Assembly: GCA_027622665.1 (NCBI GenBank)
Contig: JAQBYT010000005.1
Coordinates: 132,419 to 196,418, forward strand
Length of the DNA stretch: 64,000 bases
Reading direction: 5' to 3'
Origin: Verrucomicrobiota bacterium
GTDB taxonomy: Bacteria; Verrucomicrobiota; Verrucomicrobiia; Opitutales; Seribacteraceae
The notes beneath the pieces are model-generated. The model had not been told where the DNA came from, did no database searches, and saw nothing but the letters and a program-made list of their open reading frames with translations. Below, in pieces: positions 48,809 through 57,804 of this stretch. The position numbers and the translations under genes were made by a program. Position 1 is the stretch's first letter. Every line of letters begins with the position of its first letter.

Positions 48809-49432
48809 GTGGCGGAGCCCGCTGCGAGGCCTTCCTTCGTGCCCAACTTATTGGTTAGCGGATTGAACGCCGACCCGGTGACCGAGCGGTGGTACGAATC
48901 GGATTGGCTTGGCTCCTTCAACGATACCGGAAGCGGCTGGATATATCATGACGAACATGGCTGGCTCTACCCGGCTGAGGACGGTTCCGGCAACTATTGG
49001 TTGTGCCACGCCAACCTTGGGTGGCTCTGGACGGAACCAAGCGTATACGGGAATGCCGAAGGACATCGCTTCCTCTTTTCATCAAAGGCGGATTCGTGGC
49101 TGTACTATGAATCAAGCGCCAAGAATTTCTACGTTTATAAGGATTCCACGGGGATGAACCATGAAGGAGTTTCCTTTGCCCGGTTGAAAGTGTCTTCCTC
49201 GGACGCCTCTGTGGGGCGGGTTACGGGTGACGGATATTACGAGGTCGGAACCATGGTGAAACTGACTGCGGTTGCCAATCCGGGGTACCGGTTTACCGAG
49301 TGGCGAAGCTCCACCAGGGGCATGTCGGGTACCTCGGAGACCTTGGACGTTCAAGTCGTCGGCGGTGAAAGCATCACCGGGGTCTTCGCCAAGATGACGA
49401 GCGAGGACATCATCTCTTCGGTTTTTGACTAG
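48809..49432 (+). pseudogene. C-terminal part of a surface protein: Trp-rich domain plus InlB B-repeat-like domain
   Basis: WYESDWLGSF...GWIYHDEHGWLY...LGWLWT; GRVTGDGYYEVGTMVKLTAVANPGYRFTEW; no signal peptide and no convincing start. Confidence 0.6.
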
Positions 49433-49798
49433 GATTGCAGCACGATTCTCTGCGAGAGCCTCCTCGCGATGACAACGAGGAAAGCCGGAAGGCATGGATT
49501 GCCACGCCCTAGAGGGCTCGCAATGACAGGGGAAAGTGAAAGGCGTGGATCGATAGCGTAGTTGCGACCGCTCCGGTTTCCTGTTCCGAACACACTCCCT
49601 TTGCCACCCACCCACACCACTCACCTTGTCATTGCGAGGAGGGACAAGTCCCAACGCGGCAATCCAGTGGAAGCATGGGCAGAACTAACAACGACTCGGA
49701 CTGGGTTGCCGCGTCGGCCTCTGCGAGAGCCTTCTCGCAATGACAACAAGGAAAGGCGAAGGGCATGGATTGCTCCGCCCCGAAGGGCTCGCAATGAC
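49432..49798 (+). repeat. GTCATTGCGAG-type repeat cluster 5 (arms R,R,L,R,R)
   Basis: CTCGCGATGAC at 49463; CTCGCAATGAC at 49517, 49734 and 49788; GTCATTGCGAG at 49628. Confidence 0.95.
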
Positions 49799-49839
49799 AT
49801 GGGAAAGTGAAAGGTGCGGCTCCTTCCTCTCGCTTTTTC

Positions 49840-52800
49840 TTATCGTAGGATTACGGCGTCGGCGACTTCGAGGTCGAGGGTTAGGAGTAGACCCGTTTCT
49901 TGTTTCTCGACCTTTAGAGGCTTGCCGCTGGCCCGGGTGATTTTTTTGCTTGGGAATTTTCCGGCCAGTTTCACTTCCAAGTTCTTGATCGGGCCTTTGC
50001 TCCAGTTTGCGAGGGTGATGATCGAGGCGGTTTTCGTTTCCACGATGCAGGACTCGACGAGAGTCTCTGAGCAGGTGACGGGGCGAAGGAGATCGCGGGC
50101 GGGCCAGGCGATGAGATCTCGGGCCGCGGCGTGGAGGTCGGTGGGGTGAAAGTGGCTTAGGGAATCCGCGGCGCTCGAACGATCGGCGGGGATGAGCGGG
50201 ACGGAACCATGATAGTAGGAGAGCCCGGGAAGGAAGGCGCATGACAGGGTTTCTCCTTTCCCCGGGGTGGAGCGGACGATGGCGGGAGAACCGTTTGCGA
50301 ATTTTGCGAGGACTTCCCCGCCCTTGGCTTTCAGTTTTGCTCTTACGGACAAGACGGGAAGCTTGGCGTCGTTCCAACTCGTTTCCGCGATGGGTTTGGT
50401 GAAGGCTATGTCCTGGCGGATCATGTCGATCTGGGCGCCATCGGGTTCTTCGATTCCATTGAGCTCGATTCCGAGCAGGGGGAGAAGCAGTTCGTTGGGC
50501 CGGTCGTACTCGTCGAGAGTTCCGGCCCCGGCGGTGGCGAACAGACGGCCGCCCGCCTTCACCCATTTTGCGATTTTGGCGGATGCGTCTCGGGAAACGT
50601 GCTTGTCTGCGAGATAGAGGACTTTGTACTTGGCGAGAGTGCCGTCGAGGGCATCCGACTCCACGAGGAAGTCGAGAGGAACTTGGGCATGGCGAATGGC
50701 GAGGTAGAGGGAGCGCTTGCCGGCGGCAAAGGAGCCGTGCGAATCTCCCCAGATGTCGCCCGTTTCGCTAAACCAGAGCCCGGCTTGGGCGGGGCGGGGG
50801 CGACCGTTCCATACGACGTCCTCGAACAGTCCGAGTTCTCGAAAGCCCGTGAGGACGGTGGCGTAGTTGTCGAAGTTGTTTACGTAGTTTTCCGTGTAGG
50901 CTGCCTGCACGGGCCGAAACTCGAAGAGGTTTACGATCTGCATGCCGTGCCCGAGGGCTCCGTAGAAGAGACGTCTCCAGGTGTCGGGACGATTGTTCGG
51001 CCAGTGGGCCATGCAGTAATAGTGAATTTTCTGCTCGGGCTTTCCCCGGACGCCGGCACTGAGGAGGTCGAGGTTCAGGTTGTTCAGTTGCATGGAGGCC
51101 ACGGGCATCTGGAATATGTAGTCTTCGCTCCATGGCTGGGTCATGCCTTCAGCCCGAAAGACGTTTACCCACTTGTGGACTTCGCCCAAGTACCTGTGCT
51201 CGGCGGGATAGTGAGGGGAGTAGTTGGCGCCGATGCCGGCGTTGGGAAGATGTTTTCGCAGGATGTCCGTTCGTTCCTTTATCTTGAGGATTCCGTGGTG
51301 GTGGAGGTAGCGCTTGGACCAGTAGAAGAGCCCGGGCCTGTCGGCTTTCGCCTCGTCGGAGACGTCGTAGGAAATGGATTCCCAGTTTTTCGCTCCGGGG
51401 ACGAGGTCGCCCGGCTGCAGTTTTTTTTCCTTGGCGTAGGCTCGAAAGCCATCGGTGGCCTCGGTTCCGCGTGGGCGGGGCAGGCTGATCTCATCGCCGA
51501 GGCTGATCGTGGCGATCTTGTTCGCCCTGTCGGCAAGCTTGGTTTTGCAGTGCTCTTCCAGTTTCGCGGTGGGCACGCCTCGAACGTCGGTATAGCCGTC
51601 TATCCTCGAACCGCGTCCCGAGGTGTCGTTTGTCCGGGTGATGCCAAAGAGTTTTTGAAAGCGATCGACGGCTTTGTCGTAGGCGGGATCGAGCCCCGTG
51701 CGAAAGGTGAGGGCATAGGTGATGCATTGGGTGGGAAGTTTGCCGTGCTTGGGTAACTTTTCGAGTTTGGCGAGGAGATCGAAGGCGACGTCGCGCTCAC
51801 GAATGATTTTGCGAGAATACCGGGTGTCTCCGAAGTATGCGAGGTTGAGGGTTTCGCCCGTGGTCTCGAACTTTCCGATGAGGCTGCGCTTTCCTCGGGC
51901 ATCCACTGCCCCCACTTCCACGGCGACCTTGCCCGCCGGCTTGATCCGGAGTGCCCATTGTCCGCCGTTCATGGTGTCCAGGAGGTGCCCGACTTCCTGC
52001 CATTCGGTTGTTTTCCCGCCCTCGACTTTCAAGGAGAGGGGTTTCCATGACCGCATGTGAACCCAGTAGGGGGAGTGCTCGGTGCCGTTCTTGGCCGTTA
52101 CCGTCACCGCTTTCTTTCCTAGGTTCCTTACCCTTAAGGAAACGTCGCCTTGTTGCGTGAGAAGGCCGTCGAGCGGCAGGTAGCGTTCCTTCTCGATCCG
52201 TTTGGCGACTTCCTCGACGTCGCGGGTAAGCATGATGAGATCGAGATTTCGCTTGGCGGCGGGTTCGGGTTGCTTGCCCGCGAACAGGGTGACGGTGGCT
52301 TTTCCGGGTTTTAGGTTCACGAAGGCATCATGGCCCTCCCAGACAATGTTCTCGGTGGCTCCCCAGCTCCATTTGTGATCAGCTTTCAGCTTTTGGGAGA
52401 ACGCCCAAATCTTGAGGTTTTTTCGGGAACCGTAGAGGCGATCGAAGACTTTGTTTCCTCCTTGCTCGATGCGAATACGAAATTCGGTGGAAAACCGATA
52501 AGCCGCCTCGTAGCGGACAAGTACGTGATACTTGCCGGTCGCCGTGACGTTTACAGCCATGGAGGCGGAAACTTGATCCGCTTGGGCAGGCGCCCCGAGA
52601 AACGCTTGCCGGCTGAGGAAGCAGTTGGCGAAGCTGGCGGCGTAGTAGTTGTCACCCCATTTCTTGGCTCGCCATCCGGTTTCATCGTTTGAGGAGGGCT
52701 TGAATTCTTCGGCCTCCAGGTAATGGTTGCCGTCGGGGGCAGGATCAACGGGTAAGTCGCCTCTGTATGATCGGGGCGTGACTTCTTCCGCAAGCAAGGT

Positions 52801-52845
52801 TCCGGCAAGAGAGGAAAAGACGGCTACTACAAGATATAGTTTCAT
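49840..52845 (-). CDS. Exported GH42-like (clan A-like) putative glycoside hydrolase
   Basis: Signal peptide; N-terminal CBM-like YLEAEEF; SLGDEI, GIGANYSPH, PWSEDY; middle domain LAKYKVLYL...WVKAGGRLFATAGAGTLDEYD. Confidence 0.65.
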   Translation of the reverse strand: MKLYLVVAVFSSLAGTLLAEEVTPRSYRGDLPVDPAPDGNHYLEAEEFKPSSNDETGWRAKKWGDNYYAASFANCFLSRQAFLGAPAQADQVSASMAVNVTATGKYHVLVRYEAAYRFSTEFRIRIEQGGNKVFDRLYGSRKNLKIWAFSQKLKADHKWSWGATENIVWEGHDAFVNLKPGKATVTLFAGKQPEPAAKRNLDLIMLTRDVEEVAKRIEKERYLPLDGLLTQQGDVSLRVRNLGKKAVTVTAKNGTEHSPYWVHMRSWKPLSLKVEGGKTTEWQEVGHLLDTMNGGQWALRIKPAGKVAVEVGAVDARGKRSLIGKFETTGETLNLAYFGDTRYSRKIIRERDVAFDLLAKLEKLPKHGKLPTQCITYALTFRTGLDPAYDKAVDRFQKLFGITRTNDTSGRGSRIDGYTDVRGVPTAKLEEHCKTKLADRANKIATISLGDEISLPRPRGTEATDGFRAYAKEKKLQPGDLVPGAKNWESISYDVSDEAKADRPGLFYWSKRYLHHHGILKIKERTDILRKHLPNAGIGANYSPHYPAEHRYLGEVHKWVNVFRAEGMTQPWSEDYIFQMPVASMQLNNLNLDLLSAGVRGKPEQKIHYYCMAHWPNNRPDTWRRLFYGALGHGMQIVNLFEFRPVQAAYTENYVNNFDNYATVLTGFRELGLFEDVVWNGRPRPAQAGLWFSETGDIWGDSHGSFAAGKRSLYLAIRHAQVPLDFLVESDALDGTLAKYKVLYLADKHVSRDASAKIAKWVKAGGRLFATAGAGTLDEYDRPNELLLPLLGIELNGIEEPDGAQIDMIRQDIAFTKPIAETSWNDAKLPVLSVRAKLKAKGGEVLAKFANGSPAIVRSTPGKGETLSCAFLPGLSYYHGSVPLIPADRSSAADSLSHFHPTDLHAAARDLIAWPARDLLRPVTCSETLVESCIVETKTASIITLANWSKGPIKNLEVKLAGKFPSKKITRASGKPLKVEKQETGLLLTLDLEVADAVILR

Positions 52846-52924
52846 GCTTCTTGTTTGAGCGCAATTGGGTGCGTTGACAAGACCCGGAACGGTAACATCC
52901 TAAAAAAAAATCTTTGGGAAGGCT

Positions 52925-54757
52925 TTAGGCCAAGGGCCAGCAGGACATGATGAGAGGTGTTCCGAGGCAGAGAATAATGATTTCAAGAGGCAGGCCCATT
53001 CTCCAGTAGTCGCCGAAGCGGTAGCCGCCTGGTCCAAGTACGAGGGCGTTGCACTGGTGCCCGATGGGAGTGAGGAATGCGCAGGATGCCCCCACCGCCA
53101 CGGACATGAGGAAGGGATCGGGATTAAGGTTCATGGCGATTGCGATGCCCACGGCTATGGGGGCCATGATGAGGGCTGTGGCGGCGTTGTTGATTACGTC
53201 CGACAAGCACATGGTGACACCCATAACGATGGCGATTATAACCCAATGAGGAAAGGAGTTGGCGGACAGCGCCATTTGCTTGGCTACGAGATCGGCGCAA
53301 CCGGTGTCCCGTAGGGCTTGGCTGAGAGGCATCATGGCGGCGAGGAGAACGATGACTGGCCAGTCGATCTCTCGGTATATGTCTCGCGTGGGCAGGATGC
53401 CGAGCAGGACATAGGCCAAGGCGGCCCCGACGAAGGCGATGGTCATGGGTAGGACGCCTGCAGCGCTTAGGCCGATAGCCGCCGCGAAGACAAGCAAAGC
53501 CAAGCCGGCCTTTTGGAAGGAGCCGACGTTCACTTCTCTATCGGCGAGGGGCAGCAGGTTGAGAGTGGCCACGCGATCGTCCATGGTTTCGGTGTCGCCG
53601 TGAAGGAGGAGAACGTCGCCGACCCGAAAAACTACCTTGTCGAGACGTTTGCGAATGGGTTCACCCTGACGGGCGATGGCGAGGAGGACTACGCCTCGGC
53701 CCATTCGGCGACGGAGGTAAGTGCGTCCGCGCCCTTCTAGGAGGGAGCCTCTGGAGACGATGGCTTCGAGGTAACCGAGATCGTCGCTTTCGAAATTGTC
53801 GATTCGTTTGCGGGTTTCCTTGGCCAGCCTTAGCCCGTGCAGGTCGAGGACTTCCTGTAGGTCTACCGGGTCGGCCTTTGCCAGGAAACGATTGCCTGCT
53901 TGCAGGACTCCATCCGGGTCGACCGTGACCACCTTGTCGTCTTTGTCGACGAAACCTATGAGCTCCAGCTTATCCCCTAGTTCCTTTGCGAATTCTTCTA
54001 CGGTTTGACCTGTTAAGCTGCACTTCTCGGGGATGCGTAATTCGGTAACGTACTCGCTGATTCGAAAAAGGGCCTGCCCTCCGGGCTTCGTTCGAGAGGA
54101 TTTGGGGATGAGCCGCCAGCCGATCAAAGCGACGAAGGCTACGCCCGCTATCGCCACTGCCGCGCCAACGGGAGAAAAGTCAAAAAGGCCGTATGGCTGA
54201 GCATTCGGGATGAGGTCTGCCCGCATGGTTGCGATGATGATGTTGGGAGGCGTGCCGATCATGGTCACCATGCCTCCCAGAATACTTGCGAAGGCCAATG
54301 GCATGAGAAGCATTCCGGGAGGGCGCGCCCGTTCCGCTGCCGTTCTTAGCGCGACCGGAAGCATTAGGGCAAGAGCCCCGACGTTGTTCATGAATGCCGA
54401 ACAAACCATAACCACTGCCGAGAGCGAAAAGATGTGACCGGACTCACTCTTGGTTAGGGGTAGAATAGTGCGGGCGATGATATCCACCACCCCCGCGTTG
54501 CGTAGGGCGCGACTGATGACCAGTACCGCTCCCACCGTGAGCACGGCGGGGTGACCGAATCCTGATAAGAGAGATCCGGGATCCTTGACCAAGGCCGAAG
54601 CTCTTCCCAACGCGAATTCCAAAATGAGATCCGCCGTTACCAACAGAACGAGAGACAGAACTGCCACGACGTCGTGCCTCCATTTGTTACTGGCGAAAAG
54701 AACAAAGGTGGCCACTAGAATGCCGACGACGGTGAATTGCTCAGGGGTGCGAATCAT
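52925..54757 (-). CDS. SLC13/CitMHS-family permease with TrkA-C domains
   Basis: WRHDVVA, SAFMNNVGALALMLP, GGMVTMIGTPPNII, FLTPIGHQCNALVLGPGGYRFGDYWRMGLPL. Confidence 0.9.
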   Translation of the reverse strand: MIRTPEQFTVVGILVATFVLFASNKWRHDVVAVLSLVLLVTADLILEFALGRASALVKDPGSLLSGFGHPAVLTVGAVLVISRALRNAGVVDIIARTILPLTKSESGHIFSLSAVVMVCSAFMNNVGALALMLPVALRTAAERARPPGMLLMPLAFASILGGMVTMIGTPPNIIIATMRADLIPNAQPYGLFDFSPVGAAVAIAGVAFVALIGWRLIPKSSRTKPGGQALFRISEYVTELRIPEKCSLTGQTVEEFAKELGDKLELIGFVDKDDKVVTVDPDGVLQAGNRFLAKADPVDLQEVLDLHGLRLAKETRKRIDNFESDDLGYLEAIVSRGSLLEGRGRTYLRRRMGRGVVLLAIARQGEPIRKRLDKVVFRVGDVLLLHGDTETMDDRVATLNLLPLADREVNVGSFQKAGLALLVFAAAIGLSAAGVLPMTIAFVGAALAYVLLGILPTRDIYREIDWPVIVLLAAMMPLSQALRDTGCADLVAKQMALSANSFPHWVIIAIVMGVTMCLSDVINNAATALIMAPIAVGIAIAMNLNPDPFLMSVAVGASCAFLTPIGHQCNALVLGPGGYRFGDYWRMGLPLEIIILCLGTPLIMSCWPLA

Positions 54758-54909
54758 TTATGTCACCCATGCTTACGGTTCCAGCGATTGCAAGCAAGAC
54801 CGGTTCGTTGAGAAAGAATGGGATTTTTCGTATTCGCGCTTGCGTTCGGTCGGTCAAACGTCTGAATTTAATTTTCCCTTCCTTCTTTATCACCCTTCAT
54901 AAACCCACT

Positions 54910-55779
54910 ATGATTAAGACCATATCCACTTCTGCCTTTGCCCTCGCCTTTGCCTTCGGAGGCATTCTCAATGCCGAGGATAAGGCCCAAGACAAGGAAT
55001 TGGAGCAAATCAATGCTGCTCTTCCCTCCAAGCCGACTGTCAATCCGAGCAAAAAGCACAAGATACTCGTTTACTCGAAGCCGAGTGGTTTTCGGCATAG
55101 TTCGATTCCCACGGGGATCAAGGCCTTGCGTGCCATGGCCGCCAAGACCAAAGCCTTTGAGGCAACCTTTACCTTGGAGACCACGGAGTTCACGAAAGAG
55201 GGATTGAAGAAGTACGACGCCATCATCTTCAACAACACCACCCATGTCCAAAAAGCGTTCACCGAGCAGTCTCAGCGTGACGCCATCCTCAATTTCATTA
55301 AGGACGGCAAGGCATTCATGGGTTTTCACTCCGCATCGGACGGCGGGATGACCGGTTGGAACGAGTACACTGAAATGATCGGCGGTTGTTTTGCGGGGCA
55401 CCCTTGGGGTTCCGGCGGTAAGTGGGCTTTCACGGTAGAGGATACGGCTCATCCCGCGACCAAGGCCTTCAAGGACATGAAGACCTTCGAGTATTCCGAT
55501 GAAATTTACCAATACAAGAACTATGACCGTAAGAATGTTCGCGTACTGGTTTCTCTCGATGCCGTAAAAACAGGCAAGAAGGGTAATTCCAAGACGAACG
55601 ATTATCCCGTTTCTTGGGTGCGATCCTACGGCAAGGGCCGTATCTTCTACTCTAATTTCGGGCACAACAAGGCGACTTGGTGGACTCCTTATATGCTCCA
55701 GCATTTTCTTGATGGAATTCAGTGGGCCCTCGGAGACATCGAAGGTCCGTCCGAATCCCTCCCCCTGCCAAAAAACTGA
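54910..55779 (+). CDS. ThuA-domain protein
   Basis: Signal peptide; ILVYSKPSGFRHSSI, YDAIIFNNT, GFHSASD, FAGHPW, DEIY, YGKGRIFYSNFGH. Confidence 0.88.
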   Translation: MIKTISTSAFALAFAFGGILNAEDKAQDKELEQINAALPSKPTVNPSKKHKILVYSKPSGFRHSSIPTGIKALRAMAAKTKAFEATFTLETTEFTKEGLKKYDAIIFNNTTHVQKAFTEQSQRDAILNFIKDGKAFMGFHSASDGGMTGWNEYTEMIGGCFAGHPWGSGGKWAFTVEDTAHPATKAFKDMKTFEYSDEIYQYKNYDRKNVRVLVSLDAVKTGKKGNSKTNDYPVSWVRSYGKGRIFYSNFGHNKATWWTPYMLQHFLDGIQWALGDIEGPSESLPLPKN

Positions 55780-55828
55780 TTCCTTACATTCAGAAACTCA
55801 AACTTACCAAACTACTGAGATCTCCAAA

Positions 55829-57151
55829 ATGAAAGAAACCGAAAATGTCTCCCGTCGAAAATTCCTAGGAGTTACTGCCACCGCTAGTGCCGCCATAACC
55901 TTCCCTCACGTTTTGAACGCCCAGAAAGCGCGTAGCGAAACCGTGCGCTTCGGATTAGTCGGATGTGGCGGTCGCGGCACAGGGGCTGCAACCCAGATCC
56001 TGAATTCCTCTCACAATACGAAGCTCGTGGCCATGGCCGATGCCTTCATCGACAAGGTAGATGGCGCCCACAAGCGCGTTGCCAAGACTCACGAAAAGAA
56101 AGTGGATGTACCCCAGGATCGGATGTTCGCCGGTTTTGACGCCTATAAGAAGCTTATGGAGCAGGATCTCGATCTCGTGGTACTTGCCACTTCTCCCGGT
56201 TTCCGTCCCTTGCACTTCGAGAATGCGGTCAACAAGGGTCTCAATGTTTTCATGGAAAAGCCCGTTGGTGTGGATGGTCCAGGTATTCGTCGGGTCCTCG
56301 CGGCCAACGAAATCGCCAAGAAAAAGAACCTTTTAGTGGCCGTTGGTTTACAACGCCATCACGAGCCCCAGTACAAAGAAACCATCGAGCGCCTGCAGGA
56401 CGGGGCTATCGGTGACATTAACTACATGCGGGCGTTCTGGAATGGTGGAGGAGTATGGACTCGTGGGCGTCAAGCCGACCAGACCGAGCTCCAGTACCAA
56501 ATGCGCAACTGGTACTACTTCAACTGGCTCTGCGGCGATCACATCACCGAGCAGCACATTCACAACCTCGACGTCATCAACTGGCTCAAGGACGGTTTCC
56601 CCGTGGAAGCCAATGGACAGGGAGGCCGTGAGGTTCGTGGGAATTCCGCCAATGACGGCGATGCCAAGAATCACGGTGAGATCTTCGACCACCATTTCGT
56701 CGAGTACAAGTACGCTGACGGCTCTCGCCTGTACAGTCAGTGCCGACACATCAAGGGTTGCTTCAACAGCGTATCCGAGCATGCCTACGGTTCCAAGGGC
56801 GAGTCGGACATTGGCCGCTCAACAATCTTCGGCAAGGATGACAGTGCTTGGCGCTTTGACGGAAAACGTCTTGGAGGCCACCAGCAAGAGCAACTCGATC
56901 TTATCGACTCTCTCGTAAAGGGAGAAATCTATAACGAGGGGGACTATGGAGCAAAGAGTACGCTTACCTCGATTCTTGGTCGTTACGCGACTTATTCCGG
57001 GAAGACCGTTACTTGGGATCAGGCGATGAATAACAAAATTCAACTTTGTCCCGATCTCGACAACTTGACTTGGGATAGTGACGCTCCCATTCAGCCCAAT
57101 CAGGATGGTCACTACTCTGCGGCTGTTCCGGGCAAGTCCAGAGTCGTCTAA
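55829..57151 (+). CDS. Tat-exported Gfo/Idh/MocA oxidoreductase
   Basis: SRRKFL; GLVGCGGRGTGA, LATSPGFRPLH, FMEKPV, RNWYYFNWLCGDHITEQHIHNLD. Confidence 0.9.
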   Translation: MKETENVSRRKFLGVTATASAAITFPHVLNAQKARSETVRFGLVGCGGRGTGAATQILNSSHNTKLVAMADAFIDKVDGAHKRVAKTHEKKVDVPQDRMFAGFDAYKKLMEQDLDLVVLATSPGFRPLHFENAVNKGLNVFMEKPVGVDGPGIRRVLAANEIAKKKNLLVAVGLQRHHEPQYKETIERLQDGAIGDINYMRAFWNGGGVWTRGRQADQTELQYQMRNWYYFNWLCGDHITEQHIHNLDVINWLKDGFPVEANGQGGREVRGNSANDGDAKNHGEIFDHHFVEYKYADGSRLYSQCRHIKGCFNSVSEHAYGSKGESDIGRSTIFGKDDSAWRFDGKRLGGHQQEQLDLIDSLVKGEIYNEGDYGAKSTLTSILGRYATYSGKTVTWDQAMNNKIQLCPDLDNLTWDSDAPIQPNQDGHYSAAVPGKSRVV

Positions 57152-57186
57152 CGATTATTGGAATTTCCTACAGTTGACTTTTCAGG

Positions 57187-57224
57187 GAAGCCTCGGCGAA
57201 GATTCGCCGAGGCTTCTTCTTTTT
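57187..57224 (+). terminator. Rho-independent terminator
   Basis: Perfect 14-bp inverted repeat GAAGCCTCGGCGAA-GA-TTCGCCGAGGCTTC followed by TTCTTTTT. Confidence 0.85.
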
Positions 57225-57260
57225 GACCAACTTGAGCTCTTCCTCTAATGGTATGCCAAT

Positions 57261-57797
57261 ATGATTCTTTCAGACACTGCTATTCTTGCTGCCATTGATT
57301 GCGGCGACATCGTGGTCGAGCCTTTCGACCGTGATCGTATCGGTACCAATAGTTACGATGTTGGCCTAGGCAAAAATCTCGCCTGCTACATCGATGAGGT
57401 GCTTGACGCTCGAGTTCATAACCAGGTAGAGCGTTTCGAGATTGCTCCGGAAGGCATAGTGCTCGAGCCGGGAAAAACCTATCTGGGCGTTACCGAAGAA
57501 TACACCGAAACTCGTCGCTACGTTCCTTTTTTAGAAGGGAAGTCCAGTGTGGGGCGTCTGGGGATCGACATTCATGCGACGGCGGGTAAGGGCGACGTTG
57601 GATTTTGCAACCATTGGACACTCGAAATTTCGGTGGCTCAATCCGTACGCGTGTATGCGGGCATGCCCATCGGGCAACTCATATACTTCCGCGTTGATGG
57701 CGAAGTAGCGGTCGATTATTCCTCCAAATCCTCGGCCAAGTACAACGAGCGTACTCCTTATCCCGTTGAATCGATGATGTGGAAGAACAGTTTCTAG
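57261..57797 (+). CDS. dcd: dCTP deaminase
   Basis: MILSD, NSYDVGLG, EGKSSVGRLG, AGKGDVGFCNHWTLEI, YAGMPIGQLIY. Confidence 0.93.
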   Translation: MILSDTAILAAIDCGDIVVEPFDRDRIGTNSYDVGLGKNLACYIDEVLDARVHNQVERFEIAPEGIVLEPGKTYLGVTEEYTETRRYVPFLEGKSSVGRLGIDIHATAGKGDVGFCNHWTLEISVAQSVRVYAGMPIGQLIYFRVDGEVAVDYSSKSSAKYNERTPYPVESMMWKNSF

Positions 57798-57804
57798 ATG
57801 CGCC

